From the NCBI GenBank assembly GCA_964398045.1, contig CAYNLM010000001.1, positions 13,964-77,963 on the forward strand: a DNA stretch of 64,000 nucleotides. The letters are read 5' to 3'. This document shows positions 53,872 through 59,594 of this stretch, piece by piece. How positions within the stretch are numbered: the stretch's first letter is position 1; every line of letters begins with the position of its first letter. The notes under the pieces are model-generated. The model was not told the origin of the DNA and searched no databases. It saw only the letters and a list, made by a program, of their open reading frames with translations. The translations under genes were made by a program, and so were the position numbers. The DNA is from an uncultured Nitrospira sp. (GTDB taxonomy: Bacteria > Nitrospirota > Nitrospiria > Nitrospirales > Nitrospiraceae).

Positions 53872-53993
53872 GAAGGGGCGAGGGGGGTGTCCCTTACTGC
53901 GCGCATCCACCGAGCACCACCCGAATTTCTTGGCTCTCATGTGATTTTTGGTGCGCGGTGGGCGAGCCCCAAGGACATCCCCATCGCCCCTTC
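53872..53993 (-). repeat. Long-hairpin intercistronic element, copy B (nuoA/nuoB spacer)
   Basis: The arms at 53872-53895 and 53971-53993 form about 21 pairs. The core at 53897-53923 matches copy A at 24/27. The nuoA stop codon lies inside the arm. Confidence 0.7.
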
Positions 53994-54363
53994 AATCCCA
54001 TTCGAGCGCCCCCTTTTTCCACGCGTACCAGAAGCCCACGATCAGAATGCCGATAAACACGACCATCTCCACTAATCCAACCAAGCCGAGCTTGTGAAAG
54101 GCAACGGCCCACGGGAACATGAACACGATCTCGATGTCGAAGATGACGAACAGCATCGCAATGATGTAGTACCGCATCGGAAACTGGACCCGCGCATCTT
54201 GAAACAGCGGGCTGCCGCTTTCATAGGGAGCCAGCTTCGCCCGATAGGGGCGGCTCGGACGAACGACCCAGCCGGCCAGGAGCGACACCGCGCCGAAGGC
54301 AATCGCGATCCCGATGAAGACCAGGATCGGGTCGTAGTTTGCGGGTACCGCGGCGTTACCCAT
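53992..54363 (-). CDS. nuoA: NADH-quinone oxidoreductase subunit A
   Basis: 'YESGSPLFQDARVQFPMRYYIIAMLFVIFDIEIVFMFPWA'. Confidence 0.95.
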   Translation of the reverse strand: MGNAAVPANYDPILVFIGIAIAFGAVSLLAGWVVRPSRPYRAKLAPYESGSPLFQDARVQFPMRYYIIAMLFVIFDIEIVFMFPWAVAFHKLGLVGLVEMVVFIGILIVGFWYAWKKGALEWD

Positions 54364-54374
54364 GCTGCTCCCGT

Positions 54375-54406
54375 AAAGCGTGACACGTGAAGCGTGACAC
54401 GCAAGC
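54375..54406. repeat. Tandem 14-nt repeat (AGCGTGACACGTGA/AGCGTGACACGCAA) upstream of nuoA
   Basis: Read directly from the sequence. It lies 12-43 nt upstream of the nuoA start codon on the coding strand. Confidence 0.6.
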
Positions 54407-54444
54407 GAACCGTTGTCGTTTCATCCACCACGTCATTCTGACCC

Positions 54445-55689
54445 TCATGCGGCGGAACCCACGGCGAGGGCTTCGCCGAAGAAGGGTTTAAACTGCAACC
54501 CGTCCAGTTCAGGCCGCTCGATTCCTTTGTGTTGCATGAGCACCTTAAAGGTCGTTCCCATCCCGTCGGGTCGTAAGAGATGAATCGCGGCACGGAACTC
54601 CGGGCTTTCGGGTTCCAGCTCCGCCATCATGTTTTCGACACCGAGGCCCATGAGAAAACTCATCTGATTGGTAAAGCCGGTGACATGGAGTCCGTGGTCT
54701 TCACCCACTGCGGCCAAGCTCGAAAAATCCACGTGCGCCGTCATGTCCTGCTGGCCGACGCGCTGGTAAGGATCTTCGGAGGTCAACTGGGAGTAATAGC
54801 AGAGCAGCGTGCCTTCGGACCGATCGGCGTTATAGAGATCCTGCGCCGTGTGACCGTAGTCGATGGTGATGGCGACGCCACGGTCGAGCGCGCCGGCAAC
54901 CTGCTCCATCCACTTCAGGGCATTGAGATTGATCTCGGTTCGATAGCCTTCCGGCAGGGAAATATTCAGGCGAGTCAGGTGATGCTCTAATTCCTGGTTT
55001 GACAGCGGCTTGAGTTGTTCGACGAATTTCTGATCGTGATGGTCTACATACACTTCCTGCGCTCTGCCTTCCACGATCTGGATGCGGTGCACCGGAAAAG
55101 CGTCCGGCAATTCGTTGCTGAACACCAGGCCGACCACGGCTGCAGAACCAAGGCTCTGAACATCCTCCACCCAGCTGACCAGTCCTGGCGTGCCGAGCCA
55201 TTCTTTAAGGTTGCTCTGCTGCAGCTTCCGCATGGCGGGACTGCGCTCGACAAGCACAAAGCGGAGGCGACGGCTCAAGGAGCCATCATCACTCAAGACT
55301 GCGCGGAGGAAATCGCTCGCCAGCAGGCCTTTGCCGGCGCCCATTTCCACGACGGTGAAGGGATCCGGATGACCGAGCAACGCATCGATCTGCCGTGCTT
55401 GTCTGGCGAGGGCTTGTCCCAGAATCGGATGCACGTCCGAACTGGTGTAGAAATCGCCGGACCAACCGATTCGTTCGCGTCCGGCTTCAGGCGAACGCAT
55501 GTAGTAGCCGAATTGCGGATGATAGAGCGCCAGCTCCATGAAACGGACGAAGGGGATGGGGCCCGAGGCGGCAATCTCGGAGGCGATGGCAGCGACAAGT
55601 TCAGGATGCCCAAGCGTCACAAAGAAGTCCGTTTCTCTGCTGACAAGGTTCTTAAACAGAGACACCAATCCGGGACGGGTAGGTGTCAC
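54445..55689 (-). CDS. MidA/NDUFAF7-family (DUF185) class I SAM-dependent methyltransferase
   Basis: 'FMELALYHPQFGYY', 'DFYTSSDVHPILGQ', SAM-binding 'VVEMGAGKGLLA', 'NELPDAFPVH'. Same strand, 81 nt upstream of nuoA. Confidence 0.8.
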   Translation of the reverse strand: MTPTRPGLVSLFKNLVSRETDFFVTLGHPELVAAIASEIAASGPIPFVRFMELALYHPQFGYYMRSPEAGRERIGWSGDFYTSSDVHPILGQALARQARQIDALLGHPDPFTVVEMGAGKGLLASDFLRAVLSDDGSLSRRLRFVLVERSPAMRKLQQSNLKEWLGTPGLVSWVEDVQSLGSAAVVGLVFSNELPDAFPVHRIQIVEGRAQEVYVDHHDQKFVEQLKPLSNQELEHHLTRLNISLPEGYRTEINLNALKWMEQVAGALDRGVAITIDYGHTAQDLYNADRSEGTLLCYYSQLTSEDPYQRVGQQDMTAHVDFSSLAAVGEDHGLHVTGFTNQMSFLMGLGVENMMAELEPESPEFRAAIHLLRPDGMGTTFKVLMQHKGIERPELDGLQFKPFFGEALAVGSAA

Positions 55690-55962
55690 CCATCGCGGCG
55701 GCCCAAAAGTGGCGTAGAGTATCCTTCGGAAGCGCGCTAAGTCAAGGCGAAATCAGAGGGAATAGCTGGCGGATGGAGGGACGTTTCAGGATAAAAACTC
55801 CTGAGTTCGAGAGGAGTTGAGGCTAATGTGGACGGGTGAGACGGAGAGGGGCTGTCCTGATGTACATCTTGTTTATTTTTCGGGTCCGTAGGGGTAAGGG
55901 GGAGCGGTTTGGTTCGTCGTCGGTTTCCCGCCGCAGTGGGTCGTCCGTATTATCGAGAGGCG

Positions 55963-56319
55963 TTATAACGGCAGAAAGATGATCTTTCCCCGCCACTCAT
56001 CCCCGGTGCTGACTTCGGCGATCAGCAGCAAGTCCTCGATGGCTTGGCCGACGGGGTATGTCTGCGGAATCAAGAGCAGGCCGGCCATGGGTGAACCGAG
56101 TGCCATGTTGACTGTTGCATGGGCTGTCATCGTTCGCACGTCGTGCGATATCACGATTCTTCCCTCTGCTGCCGCGTGAGCCAAGACCTCGAAGTCGTTG
56201 GCGCTCCCGATCCCCGCTTCTTGGACGGTGGTGAGATCAATCTTAGATGTGCGGCGGCGTATCCCGCGCACAATCCGCGCATTGCAGTCTTCGTCGAAGA
56301 GAAAGCGAACCGGAGTCAC
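55963..56319 (-). CDS. DUF5615-family (PIN-like/Mut7-C-like) putative toxin
   Basis: 'VRFLFDEDCNARIVRGI...GRIVISHDVRTM'. The 4-nt overlap with the upstream DUF433 gene is typical of this pair. Confidence 0.6.
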   Translation of the reverse strand: MTPVRFLFDEDCNARIVRGIRRRTSKIDLTTVQEAGIGSANDFEVLAHAAAEGRIVISHDVRTMTAHATVNMALGSPMAGLLLIPQTYPVGQAIEDLLLIAEVSTGDEWRGKIIFLPL

Positions 56320-56660
56320 GCGTGGGGAGCCGCGGTTGAGCGGCGTGTTGCGAGGCGTTGCCGGAGGTTTGTCACAAATGCAGCATGTGTAGTTTCTAGG
56401 TTCTTCCGGGTTTCTGCCGTGACCTGGGCCTGTTCTCGAAGATAGGTTTCGACCTCACGCTGGTGAGTGAGGTAAAAGGCAAGCACATCGTAAACCTGAG
56501 GCAAGGCGAGAGATGGAAAGTCCTGGCAGATCTCTTCCGGAGTGGCGCCGTCGAGGAAGCCCTGAACGATGGAGTCAATGGTGACCCGCGTTCCGGCAAC
56601 ATGGATCGATCCTTCAGGGGCGAGCGACAACAGATCTGGACGCACTTCGTTCAGTTTCAT
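56316..56660 (-). CDS. DUF433-family putative antitoxin
   Basis: 'GSIHVAGTRVTIDSIVQGFLDGATPEEICQDFPSLALPQVYDVLAFY' matches the DUF433 pattern. ATG 56660; the ORF track begins at TTG 56696. Confidence 0.6.
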   Translation of the reverse strand: MKLNEVRPDLLSLAPEGSIHVAGTRVTIDSIVQGFLDGATPEEICQDFPSLALPQVYDVLAFYLTHQREVETYLREQAQVTAETRKNLETTHAAFVTNLRQRLATRRSTAAPHA

Positions 56661-56724
56661 AAGATGTATCGTAATCCCAACCGAAATCGAAGGCAACTTC
56701 TAATCTGCTCTCTCTTTTGCAAAG

Positions 56725-56861
56725 CTAGGAGCCTGTCCGACATTAGGAATCGCGAAAAATCCGAGGCACACATTTGGCTCAGGATCAACGATCGCCACGT
56801 AACGAAAGGTTTAGACACCCCCGAAATCGGGCAATTTCGGCAATGTCGGACAGGCTCCTAG
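56725..56861. repeat. 137-nt element bounded by perfect 20-bp inverted repeats (MITE-like or large operator/stem-loop)
   Basis: CTAGGAGCCTGTCCGACATT (56725-56744) is the exact reverse complement of AATGTCGGACAGGCTCCTAG (56842-56861). An internal hairpin CCGAAAT-CGGGCA-ATTTCGG lies at 56821-56840. Confidence 0.75.
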
Positions 56862-56893
56862 ACTTGGCTGCATTTCGACGTATACTAATTTGT

Positions 56894-57331
56894 ATGCAAG
56901 TGAGGCTGTGCATCATTATGTGTGTTGGTTGTTGGAGTCTGTGGCTGGGGCAGCCAGGCTTAAATGCCACGGAACTCGTGCGTGAAGAGCCCATCCCAAT
57001 TCAGGCGATTATTGCCAATCCTCAAGCATTCAATTTGCGGGCAGTACGGCTCCAAGGCATCGTGCAGACCTTAGAACGAATCCCACGCACTGGTGGCTGT
57101 GGGCTCGATGATGCCTATCTTTTTACCCTTGATGACCAAACCGGACAACTCACAATCAACGACCTCGGAGCTTGTCCCAGTGAGGTAAACTCGGTGAAGC
57201 CCCTGATGACAGATTTTGCAGTAGGCGACAAAGTCGAGGTAGTTGTTGATGTCTTCTTGCTGTTTTCTCCAAACTTCGATTCTCGTAAATTGGAAGGGAC
57301 GCTACGATGGGTAAAGCGGCTACCCAATTAA
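56894..57331 (+). CDS. Small secreted protein of unknown function
   Basis: 'MQVRLCIIMCVGCWSLWLGQPGLNA' is signal-peptide-like. No recognisable family. The ORF track starts at 56774 but reads through the inverted-repeat element. Confidence 0.4.
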   Translation: MQVRLCIIMCVGCWSLWLGQPGLNATELVREEPIPIQAIIANPQAFNLRAVRLQGIVQTLERIPRTGGCGLDDAYLFTLDDQTGQLTINDLGACPSEVNSVKPLMTDFAVGDKVEVVVDVFLLFSPNFDSRKLEGTLRWVKRLPN

Positions 57332-57342
57332 CAGGCGGCCGA

Positions 57343-58476
57343 TCAGGCCCGAGCCGGTGATCGCATTGGTTGTCCGCAGGATTCTACGACTTGTTGCTCT
57401 TGCACTCGATCAGTGATCAGCACGAGTTTCCCGAGAGCCGGCAAGAGCACACATATTTCATCCCCTTGAGATCGGTCATAATTTCCTACTTGCTGAATGG
57501 TGTGCCTCCCGTTGAACAGATACGTTTTTGACGTTCGAGAGACATCATGAATGATAGTGATCCCGCTGTCTGAGCTACTCGTAAATGTAACGATGATTTC
57601 TAGGCCAGATTGGCCGTCCGTGTCCGTCAACAGCGAGACTTCTCCTGCTTGCCATTGGGAATCAATGTAGGTCGCCAGTTCGTCTTTTCGGTCTCGGATC
57701 ACACAGACACATAACACCTCATTGACCAGACCCCGGCTCTCAAAAATCACTTCTTTCCCGGGCTCTCCATCCGTATCTGTAACCGCCTTGATTTGCACCG
57801 TCGTCCAGGCCAAATCGCTATACTCTCTCACGGTTCGATCACGATCGCGGATTAGGCATAGACACTGAAGCTTTCCGTCATCGCTCCTCACCTGAAGAAG
57901 GACTTCTTTCCCGCCAATCCCATCCGTATCCTCAAGGGTCTCCACTTTCGCAGAACTCCACCTCTGTCCTCTATAGAATTGAATCGATTGGGTCTTATCA
58001 TGAATGATGCAGACACAGGCGAACTGGCCCTCACGTGTATAGGCGACCATGACGATTTCAGCGCCCGGTTCTCCATCCGTATCTTGCACTGCAATGAGAT
58101 CTACCGTATGCCACGTACCGTTCTCGTACATCCGCTTCGCCCCTGTCTCAAGGGTGACGACACAGATCTTGTTGGTCTCGCAGACTGATATCTCCTCAGG
58201 AAGACCGTCATCATCAGTTTCTCCCACGACCAAGGCAAAATCCGAGCGTTTCCGGGTTCCAGACCTAGAGCGGTCTTTTTCGTCCTCCGGCAGATATGGA
58301 GGAGCCGTTGCTGAGGCTTCGCTCAAGGAAGCAGATGTTGAATCGTTGGCCGTGAGAGTCCTCGTTGGGGAATTGTTATCTTGTGTGCAACCGTCCTGAA
58401 TAAACGAGAGGCAGATTACTATCAACGAGATAGTCAAGCTGTTCCGAAGAGGCAGTAGGTAGTTGGATCTCGACAT
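57343..58476 (-). CDS. Putative lipoprotein with ~5 tandem ~45-aa repeats carrying DTDG-x-x-G-x-E (FG-GAP/Ca-binding-like) and C-x-C-x-I-x-D motifs
   Basis: Signal 'LTISLIVICLSFIQDGC'. Repeats such as 'VQDTDGEPGAEIVMV...ACVCIIHDKTQ', 'LEDTDGIGGKEVLLQ...QCLCLIRDRDR', 'VTDTDGEPGKEVIFE...LCVCVIRDRKD', 'LTDTDGQSGLEIIVT'. Confidence 0.6.
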   Translation of the reverse strand: MSRSNYLLPLRNSLTISLIVICLSFIQDGCTQDNNSPTRTLTANDSTSASLSEASATAPPYLPEDEKDRSRSGTRKRSDFALVVGETDDDGLPEEISVCETNKICVVTLETGAKRMYENGTWHTVDLIAVQDTDGEPGAEIVMVAYTREGQFACVCIIHDKTQSIQFYRGQRWSSAKVETLEDTDGIGGKEVLLQVRSDDGKLQCLCLIRDRDRTVREYSDLAWTTVQIKAVTDTDGEPGKEVIFESRGLVNEVLCVCVIRDRKDELATYIDSQWQAGEVSLLTDTDGQSGLEIIVTFTSSSDSGITIIHDVSRTSKTYLFNGRHTIQQVGNYDRSQGDEICVLLPALGKLVLITDRVQEQQVVESCGQPMRSPARA

Positions 58477-58503
58477 GATTATAAGCGGCTACCCAAGCTA
58501 AGC

Positions 58504-58536
58504 GTGCGGGGCAGATGGAAATGCACTGCCCCGCAC
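58504..58536 (-). terminator. GC-rich 11-bp hairpin downstream of the WEIRN-repeat gene (terminator-like, no clear U-tract)
   Basis: GTGCGGGGCAG (58504-58514) is a perfect complement of CTGCCCCGCAC (58526-58536), with an 11-nt loop. It lies 33 nt past the stop at 58569. Confidence 0.45.
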
Positions 58537-58568
58537 TTCGTCAAGAATGGTTCTCGGTCTCTATCATC

Positions 58569-59594
58569 TTAGTACTCGGTTAATGTATGTCCGCCATCGT
58601 GGAGTCCGCTCAAGTTGCCGCTGCTGACCAATGCACCAGTATTGGAACGAAGTTCCCACGTTCCAGGAGCATTAAGTTCTCCCCCCGTGATCAGAACATT
58701 GCCCGTATCGGTTTGAACTTGTGCGCGGTGCTTTCGACGGTTGGTCCACAGGTAGCCATTTGAAACGAGCCCACCCGTGTTGTTTCTAATCTCCCACGAC
58801 CCAGGACTATAGGCTCCTCCCGCAATGAAGATATTGCCGTTTTGCAGCTTGCTGCAGGTATAGCCCAAATCTCGCGTGGCCCAGAGATAGTTAGCATTAA
58901 CAAATGTCATGTCGCTATTCCGAAGTTCCCAGCTGATCGATCCTGGTCCACCGCCTGCCATGAAAATCTTGCCATCTGACAACTGAACGGCACAGTGTGA
59001 CGTGCGACCAGACCACAGATAGATGCCGGTACTGCCTGTGGAAGATACGACACTGCCGTTCACGTCGCGGATTTCCCAACTTCCTGTCGAGGCATGGCCT
59101 CCGGCAAGCAGCACGTTGCCGTTCGAAAGCACGGTCGCACTGTGGCCATATCGGAGCGCCCACAATGTGCCGTTGCTGACTAATCCGCCCGCGCTGTTCC
59201 GGATTTCCCAGGTTCCTTGCGAGCTTTCCCCTCCCACTATCAAGACATTGCCATTACTAAGCAAGGAGCAGGTATGTCCATAACTCCGTGTAGCCCACAG
59301 TGTTCCATTGCTCACGTAGCCCCCACTCCCATTGCGAATCTCCCACGTTCCACCCGATGCCGACCCACCTGCCATAAACATGTTGCCGCTCGCGAGCCGG
59401 ACTGTGCAGTGATGGGCCCGTGTCGCCCACAGGGTGCCGGTACTGACGAGACCCCCGCTGCTATTGCGAATCTCCCAGAATCCACCCGTACCTCCACCTT
59501 CCCCTCCTGCGACGAAATTGTTGTTCGCAAGAACAAGTGAGGCACCACCAAGCACCGCAACAACCATGACTGCCCACAAAAAGATCCGCCGCAT
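58569..59594 (-). CDS. Secreted seven-repeat beta-propeller-type protein (Kelch-like 'G-x-WEIRN...LW-x-R...GN-x-x-x-x-GG' repeats)
   Basis: Signal peptide 'MRRIFLWAVMVVAVLGGASLVLA'. Seven ~46-48-aa repeats begin GGFWEIRNSSGG, GTWEIRNGSGG, GTWEIRNSAGG, GSWEIRDVNGS, ISWELRNSDMT, GSWEIRNNTGG, GTWELRSNTGA. AGGAGG RBS. Confidence 0.7.
   Translation of the reverse strand: MRRIFLWAVMVVAVLGGASLVLANNNFVAGGEGGGTGGFWEIRNSSGGLVSTGTLWATRAHHCTVRLASGNMFMAGGSASGGTWEIRNGSGGYVSNGTLWATRSYGHTCSLLSNGNVLIVGGESSQGTWEIRNSAGGLVSNGTLWALRYGHSATVLSNGNVLLAGGHASTGSWEIRDVNGSVVSSTGSTGIYLWSGRTSHCAVQLSDGKIFMAGGGPGSISWELRNSDMTFVNANYLWATRDLGYTCSKLQNGNIFIAGGAYSPGSWEIRNNTGGLVSNGYLWTNRRKHRAQVQTDTGNVLITGGELNAPGTWELRSNTGALVSSGNLSGLHDGGHTLTEY

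Noticed and set aside
4873-54406. Whether the short tandem word repeats could be CRISPR arrays or degenerate CRISPR remnants.
   Set aside because: The period is only 7-8 nt with no spacers, and each locus has at most about 4 units plus a complementary arm. No cas genes are present. This is not CRISPR architecture.
56869-56896. Possible sigma70-like promoter (TAGACT-16 nt-TATACT) just upstream of the small secreted protein ATG, and a TATAAT directly before the lipoprotein ATG (58477-58483 region).
   Set aside because: Both would give essentially leaderless mRNAs. The hexamer matches are weak or could be chance in AT-richer DNA. They are not supportable without TSS data.
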